A stretch of 64,000 bases of DNA from Utricularia gibba (lineage: Eukaryota; Plantae; Magnoliophyta): positions 4,526,001-4,590,000 of the forward strand of contig CM007990.1 in NCBI GenBank assembly GCA_002189035.1, read 5' to 3'. The notes under the pieces are model-generated. The model was not told where the DNA came from, made no database searches, and worked only from the letters and a program-made list of their open reading frames with translations. Positions 12,514-23,578 of the stretch are shown piece after piece. Each line of letters opens with the position of its first letter. Position 1 is the first letter of the stretch. Both the position numbers and the translations under genes were made by a program.

Positions 12514-13344
12514 CTTTGTCCGGACAGAATGAATAAAATTATCCCTGCTTGGTAATAATAAATACTACTCCCCCGGAAAATGCTTTTTTTTTCTTATCAC
12601 TATTTTCAGATTTGCGTCTCCAAAATCAATTTTATAGATTTTATATTGATTTTTTTAAAAAATTTTAATTCAAAAATTCTAATAAGAAATTCAAATTATG
12701 ATTATTTTTTTAAAAAATTATTAAATTTCTTTAAATCTACATTTTGATAATTAAATAAGAAATTAATTAAAAAATAATGTTTACTTTTTTATGTTTAAAT
12801 AATATTAAATTATTGTGTAATTTAATATATTAAAATTTATTATATATTCTTTTATTTTATTAAATTATATACTATCTAACAAAATAGTTGTATGATCTCA
12901 AATTGATTTTATTAATATAATTTCAAAATTGATTAGATTTTTTTGAAATTTTGATTTGAATTTAGAACTTTGATCAATGTCATACCAATAATCTAAATAT
13001 TCAAAAAAATGTGAAACGTAATCTGAATATTCATTTAATTAATACACAAGAAAACAGATGTATTCATTACTTAATTTAATGAACAAAACCGCTAGTAAAT
13101 AATTTCTTCATTTACAACAATTAGAAAAGCAAACCCTTTCCAGTTTAGTTACAGAAAGCAGCGTATATTCGCCATAAAAGAATCGACTCTGTGCTCATAA
13201 TCACGCGAGAATCCTGGGGTTTTCTTGTTCTTTCCTTCTTCAATGGCTAATCCCCGCAATTAATTCCTTCAAATCAAGCAACCAGGATCCTGGACACCAC
13301 TATAAAGAGCGCACAGTCTCTCGGTGCTGCGGACACAGGCAGCA

Positions 13345-13685
13345 ATGGCGGCGACGAGAACTGCGACACTGGCGACGACGGGGCTCCTCCTTCTCTGGGC
13401 TGTCTTCCTCGTCTCAGGCAACGCGACCCCACGAAATTGCTGCTGCTGTTGCGTCTTGTGTCTTGTTCTGGAAAGACTAACGAAGTGTCTGTTTTGTTGT
13501 CTGTCTGTGCAGCGGGAGGAGGCGTTGAGGCGACGCCCCGGTGGTGGGCTTACCAAGGGCCGTGCGCGGAGTTCCCCGACTGTCACTTGCACTGCATCCA
13601 GAACAGGTTCCCTGAAGGTGGGAGCTGCGAAAAGATTTCAAAGGAGCCCGGAGCTGCTCTCGTCTGCGTCTGTTTCTACAGCTAG
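13345..13685 (+). CDS. Defensin-like (DEFL) cysteine-rich peptide, copy 2 (81 aa); 2 exons
   Basis: Exon 1 13345-13417; phase-1 GC-AG intron 13418-13512; exon 2 13513-13685 encodes AGGGVEATPRWWAYQGPCAEFPDCHLHCIQNRFPEGGSCEKISKEPGAALVCVCFYS. CTATAAA lies about 45 bp upstream. Clear paralogue of copy 1. Confidence 0.87.
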
Positions 13686-14435
13686 TTTTGTCGGGAATGA
13701 GTGAGTGAGGAAGATTATCTGCACCCAATAATAGTAACCTTTGTTTCGTATGCTTTATTCCAAAATAATTTTCGATAATGAATTGAAAAAAAAAAAAGAA
13801 GCTATGTTCGAAATAAAATCTTAATATTAATCCCAACCCATTAATGAATTACTATATGTATATTGGAAAAATCCAATTAGTAATAAAAGGAAATTACTTA
13901 ACTATCCCAACTGGATGGGATCATTTATGTTTGGTTAATGAGATTATATACATACTTTTCCCTTACTTTATTTAAAATCAATTAATTTTATTTCTGAGAG
14001 TTAACCTAGCTTTAGGAATATTCAGTGATTATTTAGTTTATGAGATTAGAATATAAAGAATTTAATTGATTTGGATTTAAATTAAAATGGTGTAAAGTAA
14101 TTAACTTTTTATATAATAATTATTTAATTCGTAAAAAATAAGATTAATTAAACATTGATTAAATAAAATACATTCAATCCCCTCAAATTTATTTATACTA
14201 ACATCAATCAAACGCACACTAGCTTAAATCCATCCCCCTTAATGTCGGAACCTCTTCTAATGAATTAAAAAAAATGAATAACAGAAATTTATAATTTCTC
14301 AAACAAATGCGGAATTTTGCTACATTCTCAGGAATCTCTAGTGTTAGTCTTTCTCGTCCTGCCAAGACAGTCATCTGGGTCGCATTTTTTGAAACTTCAT
14401 TAGCAGTCGAAGAGTGGAGCCGAAGTGTTCAGACA

Positions 14436-16470
14436 TTAAGATCTTCCAAGACGATAAGACCTTCCCCTAAATGCTCCTGTGCCCTGGTTCTGTGGAGGGG
14501 GTGCGCTTGCTGGTGCTCCAATTCTCCACCTGTTTACCAGATGATGTCTGTGGGAAAAAAAGGTTCAAGGAGAGACAGGGTGATTCTATTCTGCCTGATA
14601 AACTGCAATGCGAGGTTTCGAGAAAGGTCGAAAACCAGGGGGGGAATATAAAAGGATACATAAAGGCGGGTGTCTTGAGTATGTTCCTTCCGCCGGCGAG
14701 TGGATGCAACACGGATAGGAAGTAATAGAGGTGTCCAGCAATGATACCCAGAAGATCAGGCTTAATTGGAGAACCAAAGATCACATCCAAGCAGAGCATT
14801 GCCCATGGCAAATAGAAAGCCTGCAAGAAAAGAGGGGAATTCATTGATATCAACAGCAGAAGGGTACATGAAATCCTCATCAGTTTATATGAATCCTGAA
14901 ATAATCAATTTGTGGAAACAAATAATGAATGGCGTTTTATTGTGCTGTGACACATCCAAAGGTTCGACAATCCTCATCAATGGTGAATCAAGTAAGCAAA
15001 TCATGTAGAATAGCAGTCAGGATTACCTTGATGGTCAGAAGGCCATATAGGTTGATACTGGCATTAGGGTGCTCTCTGCTCCAGATGTACAAAAGCATGA
15101 AAACAAGAGATATTCCTAAAAACGGAGACCACAACTGGGGTATGGTAGACAAGACCTAATCCAAATAAAGTTCCCATCATTAATCACGTGCAAGTACAAG
15201 AAAATAGATACTAAAAAGAGCACATACAAATGAACAGGGTCATACCAATATTGAGAAAGCTCCAAATAACATCATCCATAAAAAATCCGCTGTCCGCCTT
15301 TGGAAGACCCCACTTTCCAGTTGAACTCCATATCTAGCTCTGTGGGCATGAACAATGTGATGCATTAGTCAAGAAAATTCGGAGCTATCACTATTAGTTC
15401 ATACGCAGAAGCATAGTTCACTGACATCAGCAGCAGGCTGGAAATCAGAATCATATTAATAACTAGGAAACCCGGTGTCATACATCATTAAGAGGCGGAT
15501 CCCAAAATTCATCGAAAACTTTCCAAGGAAAAAGAAGTTGGTAAATAATCTCCAAACCTGAGGTATAATTAAGAAAAAATTAGAAGATACACATCTCAAA
15601 CATAATATGCAAAAATACAAAAATTAGTTCACGCTTCACATTATTAAAGACAATGAACACGAACTGAGAGAGTGGGAGATGTAATGAGTAATATAAGAGG
15701 AAAGGGTCTTGCTCATCAAATCATGCCACGAGATAACATAGGATATCACAGGTTGTATTCTAGGATGTGACGTAAAACATCCCCCTTTCTTGCAAGAACC
15801 CCATCCAGGGAAATCTAGATTTCTCATGATAGAATAGCAAATCAAATTCTGTTCTTGTAGGCGGGTAGGAATTTTTCACACATGTTGACGGCATAACACA
15901 GCCACCTTAGTGTCATTTTGGTGAAAAATTAAAAAGAAAAAAAAGAAAATTGGTGATTCTACCTCAAAATTCCAGAATGTTAGATAAGGTACATATGCGA
16001 TGTACTGAGGATGGAGTAGTCCAACTTGAAAAAGAACCGTGGTCAACAAGCATGCAGTTCCATATGCTTTAGTAATAGGTGGAAGAGACTTGTAGTATCT
16101 GTGTCAAAGAAGAACACATCAAAATTAGCCTACATTTTTTTAAATCAAAGACAACAAGGACAACAATTGCGCAAACGGAGAATCTACGAAAACAAAAATT
16201 ATATTTCAACAGGTTTTGTTGAATCCGATCCTGGTTGGATTCTCCAGTGGCCGTGATCGCTACTTCAAGAAACAAATAATGCTAGCTCAATAATGTAAAG
16301 AGTATAAGCTGCCAGGAAATGATCGCTACTTCAGGAAACAAGTTTCCTTCACATATTATCCTTGCCCTAACCAACGCAGAAGTAAACAAATGGACGGTGA
16401 AGCACAACAAAACGAGGAAGAAAGCTCATATGAACAAAGGAAAGCGGAAGTACTCAGCAGGCGAAGACAT
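14436..16470 (-). CDS. DER1: Derlin-1 (ERAD rhomboid-like membrane protein); multi-exon
   Basis: Spliced translation MSSPAEYYKSLPPITKAYG...VWRLFTNFFFLGKFSMNFGIRLLMIARYGVQLE...AFYLPWAML...DLLGIIAGHLYYFL...WRIGAP...AFRGRSYRL*. Confidence 0.93.
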
Positions 16471-16581
16471 GGCGGATCGCGAGATTAAGTGGAAGCAATA
16501 TCGGATCAGCGTGAGAAATTGGAGCGACGAAGAAAGAAACAGCGAAAACGCGGTTTAGTGGGGTTAAATAATGATTCCTTA

Positions 16582-16600
16582 GGCCCAAATTTAATGGGCC
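16582..16600. promoter_or_regulatory. Inverted site-II (TCP-binding) motifs in the DER1/ASHR3 divergent promoter
   Basis: GGCCCA at 16582 and TGGGCC at 16595, within the 322 bp between the two ATGs. Confidence 0.55.
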
Positions 16601-16792
16601 GATGCCGCCTCAAAAAAAAACCCGGCTCCATTCCGCCCATTTGACATTTTCGTTCTTCTTCAAAGGCTGCATTGCGACAAGAATGAGATCTATGTTTCCC
16701 GCCCAATATTCAGCTCAAAAGCTGAGCTTGATTCAGAATCATAAAGATAGAATCGGGTTGAACTCCTGGTTGCAACACACAACAAAAGGAGG

Positions 16793-19669
16793 ATGCCGAG
16801 CATTGGAAGTCTCCAGACATGGCCTACTTCTGCCATAACCGGAACTGCTTGCTCCCCTGACCTCAATACCAAATCAGGTGTAACTCATCTGAATCAGGGA
16901 TTTGAGCCCAAATCAATTTCGCTTTTTTTTGGAGCCCCGGTAGCGGAACCCAATGACAATGAGAAACAGGAGAAACTCAGAGAAGACAGTGATGAAGAGG
17001 AGAAAAGTGGGGCTACTCAGGAAGCTGGGGAAGACTTGTTATCGTCGGTGGATGTCAGTGGTGGAGATGCAAATACAACCTCCATGGAGCTGGCCCGCGA
17101 GTGGTCGAAGAGGAAAATGGAACAGGGCATTCCTGAATTCAGGTGTGCTTTGTCATTTCTTGCTGGGGCTCCAACGCAAGTAAGTCACTCAGCTCTGCAT
17201 GTTTTTTTAAAAAAGTTTTGAATTTTTATGCTTATTGCTGTAGTCGTTATAGTGATGTCTCTCTAAACGCTTGTCTAACTAAGAATTTCAGATTCGTTGT
17301 GCTGCTTGCAGACATGGAGTTTTCCCTCAGGAGAAGATAGTGTGCACAGTTCGTGGATGTGGGGCAGTTTTTCACCGCAGTTGCCTTGATCAGTTCAGCA
17401 GTCTCAGCCTCTCTTCTTCAAAGCAGTTCAAGTGCCCTCAACATGTGAGTTCTGTGTTTTTGGTTGGTTCTTGAAGGAAATCCTCGTCCCTGTTAGGAAA
17501 ATATGTAGTGAAGCCGGTTGAAATTGTAATAGGCTTATGGATTTTGTTGGGATACTTTGCCTCATAAGTTTTTTGATTTTTCTCTCTAAATGCACGTGTT
17601 TGAATTTGATTTCTATAATGGAATTTTTTTAAGACTCAAGTTTTTTAGACCTTGGCCACGGAGTTCATTAATCTGACTCTACTCTATCACCAGGCCTGTT
17701 ACCTGTGTTATCAAAAACATCATTTATGGCGGTGCAAAAGATGCCTAATTGCTTGTCATGAAAAGTGTGCTCCTTTCCCAGAGCACGTTGTGCATTTCCC
17801 TGATCGGCCTGGTGAAGCCATTTGTTGGAGGCATCATAGTGATTGGCGTTTCGAAAAGGTCAGCTTTGGTGATTGAAGCATATTCTTACTGTCTACCAAA
17901 TTCAAAAAACGAAAACTTAACCTTCTCTTGCCACCATCTAAGCAAGTATTGTAGCAGGAAGTGAATGCTTATCCATCCCTCTGTATATTTATTTAATCCA
18001 ATTTTTTTTAGACACGTCACTCATACAGTTAGTTATGAATTTGTTCTCTGCAGAACGACATTCCTGCTCATAACACAGAGGTGTGCTATTGAATTATTTG
18101 AGCATGCCATATCTGATTATGGTCTTCTACTATGATAAGGTTGCTTATTTTTTTATTTATATTCAGAGTATTTTTCCTCTCTTGCCTCTTGCTTATGGTG
18201 AAGAGGACTTCAAAATTGACTTGAACTGGAAAGTCGAGTTGGATACTAGGGTGAAGCCTGATCCATATGTGCATATTAGACGAAGTATCCTTAAACTACA
18301 TGCATATTAATATATTCTTTGTCTCTTAATTTCTTTCTTGCGTGAACAATGTACTCACTTTTGCCGGATGTTTTTCAATAAACTTGATTTTTGTAATGCT
18401 TAGCTAAATTAGATATTTACCTTATAAAAAGGCTGAAAAGAGACATAGATTCTGAGAGTGGATGCACCAACTGCAGCCCCTCGAGTTGCTCAGAGAGCTG
18501 TGTATGTAGGTAGAGTTACCAAAATGTTCCTTTGCCTTTTAGTGGTTCTTATAATTTGATCTGTAAAGTGAACTGGGGAGTTCATTATCACAGAGTGTCG
18601 TGCATTAGCTGCTCAAAGGCTTGCTTATGCTCAAAAAACTGTGGCAACCGACCATTTCAGAAAGACAAAAAAGTCAAGATTGTCAAGGTAATATAATTTT
18701 AAGGTTTGACCATTTTCTGTTAATCCATGCCATACTAACTCCACTAGTTTGTGTTATCAGACTCAACTATGTGGTTGGGGTGTGGTGGCAGCGGAACCAA
18801 TTAAAAACGGAAACTTTGTGATAGAATATGTTGGAGAAGGTAACTTCCACTGGTTTTACTTGCATTTGTCACATCATGTAGTGATTTCTGCTAAGTTTGC
18901 CAAGATCCTCAACTGTTTTATGTTTAGCAACCTGTTTTTTTCTTCATTGGTGCCAGTAATTGATGATTTCCTCTGCGAAAAAAGGCTATTTGAACTGAGG
19001 AAGCAGGATGCTAAGAATTTCTACATGTGTGAAATCTCAAAAGATTTTGTGATTGATGCTACTTTGAAAGGAAACGCTTCTCGCTTTCTGAATCACAGTT
19101 GTGCTCCAAACTGCAAACTGGAAAAGTGGTCAGTCAGTATGCTTGTTTTCTCATCCATGGTATTCATGGCTTGGTTTTTTATACTAAGGTTCCAACCTTT
19201 AGACTTGGTTCAATGACCCTGATCCGCAAGGTTAACTTCCAACCTTCGTTTCTGCAGGCAAGTAGATGGGGAGGTAAGAGTTGGCATTTTCGCGTCTACA
19301 TCTATAGAGACTGGGGAACCCCTGACCTACGACTACCAGTAAGATGTTTTCCCTCACGTGCGTAGTGCATGGATTTTCATATCTGGGTTCATTGCATATC
19401 TCCCCACCGAAAAAGCAGAGAGATGCCACTAGGCACACAGGTTTCAGTTGCATGTGTACAAGACGAGTTTTTGTTGTGTCTAAGAACACTGATTCACCTG
19501 CAGGTTTGTGCAATTTGGGCCTCAAGTATATTGTCATTGTGGAGCAGCAAACTGTCGTGGGCACCTCGGTAGCCGGAGGAAGGTTGCGATTTGTCCGAGG
19601 AGCAGCAGGAAGGGTACGAGTAGTAGCTTTCAGCTTCCTTCTTGGGTTGTAGAAGGAAAAGGAATGTGA
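16793..19669 (+). CDS. ASHR3: Histone-lysine N-methyltransferase ASHR3/SDG4 (PHD + AWS + SET + post-SET)
   Basis: Exons join to give PHD (CAACRH...FKCPQH, CWRH.DWR), YVHIRRNIYL, AWS Cys cluster, SET (CGWGV...EYVGEV, NASRFLNHSC, GEPLTYDY) and post-SET CHCGAANCRG. The last few codons may be frameshifted. Confidence 0.93.
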
Positions 19670-20004
19670 GTCGTCGAGTAACTTGATCAGATGTTTTCAA
19701 ATCCCTGAAATTACACGCCGATTTTGGTGTCGTCTTGCAATTCGACTGCAAGGAGTTCTAAGTCGCAGTAACTGGCGTCTCTGTAAGATTCTTTCTGGTT
19801 CGCGGACCTCTTTTGTACCATCATACTGAAACCATTTGTAAGCCATTGCTATTCCAAGGAAAAATCTGCAATTTCAACTTCGAAAACCGGTGGAAATTGT
19901 GCTTCAACTAATTTGATGTCTGGAAGTTGAAGCCCCCAAATCGTGAAACCCCGTAGGGCTTGCTTGTATGGGGGAGCGGCGAATGTTTAGTCTGTTGGAA
20001 TGTG

Positions 20005-22221
20005 ATGTTGCAGGCTTTTCCGGCCGAGGGCTTGAGAAGGGTAACAACCACCGTGACCGGAAATCATGGGGAAAAGGTGTATAGACTCAACTGCTATCTG
20101 AAAAGCCTCGTTCATGGCGGTCATTTCTTGCAAGCCCTTCAGTACTTCAAGGGATCGCACTCTCGTGATCCGAAACCTGATAATTACACATTATCAATTG
20201 CTCTCACTGCCTGCGCTAATCTCCATGATACGAGACTGGGAACCCAGCTCCATGCCTACTCTGTGCAATCGGGGATGGAAGCTTTTCTTGGCGTCGGCAA
20301 TTCCTTGTTATCTCTCTATGCGAAGTCGGGGGATTTAGCCTCCGTGAAGAGGGTCTTTGGGGAGATACGGAAACCTGACATTTACTCATATACATCGTTG
20401 CTGTCCGCAGGTACAAAACTTGGGGATTTTGATTATGCTTGTAAGGTGTTCGCCAAAGTGCCGCAATGGAGTGTGGCTGTTTGGAATGCTATGATTACAG
20501 GATGTGGAGGTGTAGGATACAATGGTATGGCATTTGACTTTTTTAAGCAAATGCATGTAAAGGGTGTGAAACCTGATCATTACAGTTTTGCAAGTATCTT
20601 AAGATATTGCTCTTCAGAGCAGCTTGATTTTGGGAAGCAAGTGCATTGTTTAGTTCTGAAGACTGGATTTCTTTGCAGGGTATCAGTGGTCAACTCTTTG
20701 CTTACCATGCATTTTGATTGCACAACTGCAGCAGAAGCCTACAGTGTATTTGAGGATGCTGGACCTACTGTCAGAGATCAAATAACTTATAATGCTATTA
20801 TCGCTGGTTTGGTGAGCATGGAAAGGTATGATGAAGCTGTGATGAGGTTGAAAGATATGCTATCTGTGGGGCTAAGTCCCACAGGGTCGACTATTGTGAG
20901 TGTTATGGGTGCATGCTTTTTCCCTCAAATTGCACAGCAAATACATGGGTTAGCAATAAAAAGAGACCTTACAGACTGCATTATCGTGAGCAACGCTGCA
21001 ATATGTATGTATTCCACTGTTGGGGACCTAGAGGCAGCTTGCTTGGCTTTCAGAAGGTTGAAGGAGAGGGATGCTATCTCGTGGAATGCCATCATCTCCA
21101 GCTATGCCAAGGAAAATTCAGGTCAAGATGCAATCTGTGCATACAATGAGATGCAGAGTAATGGAATAGCACCTGATGAATTTTCTATAGGAAGTTTGCT
21201 AGCATGTTCAGAATCTCTTCAAGTAGTGGAAATGATTCAAGCAATTGTGGTGAAAAATGCACTTATCTTGAAAGTTGAAGTTTTAAATGCATTTATTTCT
21301 GCTTTCTCTAGGAACGGTGAAATCAAACTTGCAAGTGAGCTCTTTCACCGTATGCCCTCGAGAAGCTTGATTTCATGGAATGCCATGATATCTGGGTTTT
21401 TAACCAATGGGCTCCCTGCATATGGTTTGCAGTACTTTTCCAAGATGCTGCTACTTGGGTTCCAGCCAAATCAGTACACTCTCAGCCTTGTAACAGGCAT
21501 ATACAGCAGCATCTCAGACCTCAAACTTGGAAAAGAAGTCCATGGATATGCTCTCAAAGCCGGGTACTTCTCCCACACTCTGCTTGCAAATACTTTCATT
21601 GCCTTGTACTCAAAGTGTGGAGCTCTGCATTTATCTCTGAAAGTGTTCGACACCATGAAAGACAAAGATACCATTTCATGGAACTCCATGATTTCTAGCC
21701 TTGCGCAGCATGGCAAAGGCAGGAAGGCAATTCTGCTTTTCGAGTCCATGAGAAACTCAGGACAACATCTAAAACTTGATAAGGCCACCTTCACTGCTGT
21801 CCTCTCCGCCTGCAGCCGGTCAGGTTTGGTTGCCGATGGCATTCGTATCTTCAACTCAATGGTCAACCACCACCACTTGAAACCCGATGCCGATCATTTT
21901 TCTTGCATGGTCGATCTCCTAGGCCGAGCAGGCTTCCTCGATACAGCAGCAGATAGCCTGATAAAGAACACGAGCACTGAAATCGATTACAAAGTGTGGT
22001 GGACCTTACTGAGCTTATGTGCCAGCCATGGCCATCTCCGATTGGGAAACATGGTAGCCGACTTTCTTCTTGCAGTGAAGAAGGATGATCCTTCTGTTCA
22101 TGTGCTGCTGTCGAATCTGTATGCTAATGCAGGGAAGTGGGAAGACTCCGCCACTTTGAGGGAATCCATGAAGAGCCATGGCGTCGTGAAGCAGCCCGGA
22201 AACAGCCGGATCACATCCTGA
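20005..22221 (+). CDS. Pentatricopeptide-repeat protein, PLS-E class (At3g49740-like), intronless
   Basis: Long ORF of P/L/S repeats (PDNYTLS, WNAMI, DQITYNAII, F.AVLSACS..GLV) ending in E motifs, with no DYW domain. The start codon is chosen by inference. Confidence 0.92.
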   Translation: MLQAFPAEGLRRVTTTVTGNHGEKVYRLNCYLKSLVHGGHFLQALQYFKGSHSRDPKPDNYTLSIALTACANLHDTRLGTQLHAYSVQSGMEAFLGVGNSLLSLYAKSGDLASVKRVFGEIRKPDIYSYTSLLSAGTKLGDFDYACKVFAKVPQWSVAVWNAMITGCGGVGYNGMAFDFFKQMHVKGVKPDHYSFASILRYCSSEQLDFGKQVHCLVLKTGFLCRVSVVNSLLTMHFDCTTAAEAYSVFEDAGPTVRDQITYNAIIAGLVSMERYDEAVMRLKDMLSVGLSPTGSTIVSVMGACFFPQIAQQIHGLAIKRDLTDCIIVSNAAICMYSTVGDLEAACLAFRRLKERDAISWNAIISSYAKENSGQDAICAYNEMQSNGIAPDEFSIGSLLACSESLQVVEMIQAIVVKNALILKVEVLNAFISAFSRNGEIKLASELFHRMPSRSLISWNAMISGFLTNGLPAYGLQYFSKMLLLGFQPNQYTLSLVTGIYSSISDLKLGKEVHGYALKAGYFSHTLLANTFIALYSKCGALHLSLKVFDTMKDKDTISWNSMISSLAQHGKGRKAILLFESMRNSGQHLKLDKATFTAVLSACSRSGLVADGIRIFNSMVNHHHLKPDADHFSCMVDLLGRAGFLDTAADSLIKNTSTEIDYKVWWTLLSLCASHGHLRLGNMVADFLLAVKKDDPSVHVLLSNLYANAGKWEDSATLRESMKSHGVVKQPGNSRITS

Positions 22222-23578
22222 ACGTGTTTATCTCTTGATTACTGTGATTAGTGATCACTTACAAGAGTTGAGCTGAAATTTGGCCCCAAAACCAATCCCA
22301 ATTGAATCCATCTCCGGGTTGTTCGAGTAATTGGGAACAGTTGAAGAGATGAAAATTAATCCTAATATCGAATTAATACCAAATTTTAATCGATCATATA
22401 TAAGTTTAATTGAACTTGTTGGTATGTCCACTGCCAATACCTTGATTTTGACATGTTCATCTTTTATAAAAAGAGAAGTGTTCTAGAGGGACAATCGACA
22501 TGTCGTTTTGAAATCTACTCATCTTTTATTTATCTCACACACATCACGTATAAAAAAAATACACATATGATAGATAGATTTATCACATCATTAATTCATA
22601 AATGGTATTTTTCAAAATCACCCTAGTTTTGATATATCTATATAGATTATTTTTAAAAGTATTAAATCATTTTCGATTATGTAGTGGTGTCGTGGCCATG
22701 GAATAGACCTGATGTCAAATATTCCAGTCGCGGGTTGACTTCGCCTAATCTCATGAAAACGATGCCAAATATTCGGACCTTAAAATATCTATTATATTAA
22801 TAATTATTTAAAAAGAAAAAAGACCGCTAATATGTCGTCATAAATACGGACCTTGAAAATTCAAAGACGTGTCAGCGAATAGTAGGTTCTAGAAACACGT
22901 TGATTTTGGTTCCAAATCAATAATGCGTCGACCTTTCTAGAAACATTGCAGTTCCACGATATAAGGAAGGGCCTCTCGCGCAAGGGGGGAAATTCCATTA
23001 ACCGCGAATTTGATCCGTGGAGAGGCCCCAGGTATGTCGTGTTGTATTTCTGGTTACGTGAATGGGATTTGATTTTTTCATGTTCGTGGTTCGAAAGCTT
23101 TCGGTTTCGTGGTGGTTTTGATTAATTCGTTTGATTTGGCCGTTAGTGAAAAATGGTTGTTCCAATGATCACGTCCCCGTAGATTGATTCCGGTAGGTTG
23201 TTGAAATTCCCAGGAAACGTTTTTCTGCTCATTTTTTGATCGATTCTTTTGATTTGGTAGTTGAATAAATTTTAGTGAAATTGTCCTCTTGTTTTGAATC
23301 CTGCAATTCGCTATTGGTTCGAAGGGGTTGTTCAAAATTCATAGCTGTCGTTTATTTCAAATTGTTGGGTCTCTGCGTGCCAAAAATGACGGACAATAAG
23401 TTTCTGATTTTTCAACGTAGCCGAATCTCCTGCGTGGGAATTTATTTGTTTGTTCATGTTGGATGATTCCATGGACTATGTAATCTGACTCGTGGCTTTT
23501 GAAATAGGGTAACCTTCTTCCTCTAACAACAATCTTTTCCTGTCGACAATTTCCCATCTTCCCGGGTTTTCAGTAGAG

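Noticed and set aside
12200-13704. ORF-track proteins 12200-12532 and 13324-13704 as real genes
   Set aside because: They are wrong-frame read-throughs of the spliced DEFL genes.
13921-14221. Possible Tourist-like MITE (TGTTTGG...CAAACGCAC); similar hints at about 3090 and 22485-22626
   Set aside because: TIRs are too degenerate and no TSD could be verified.
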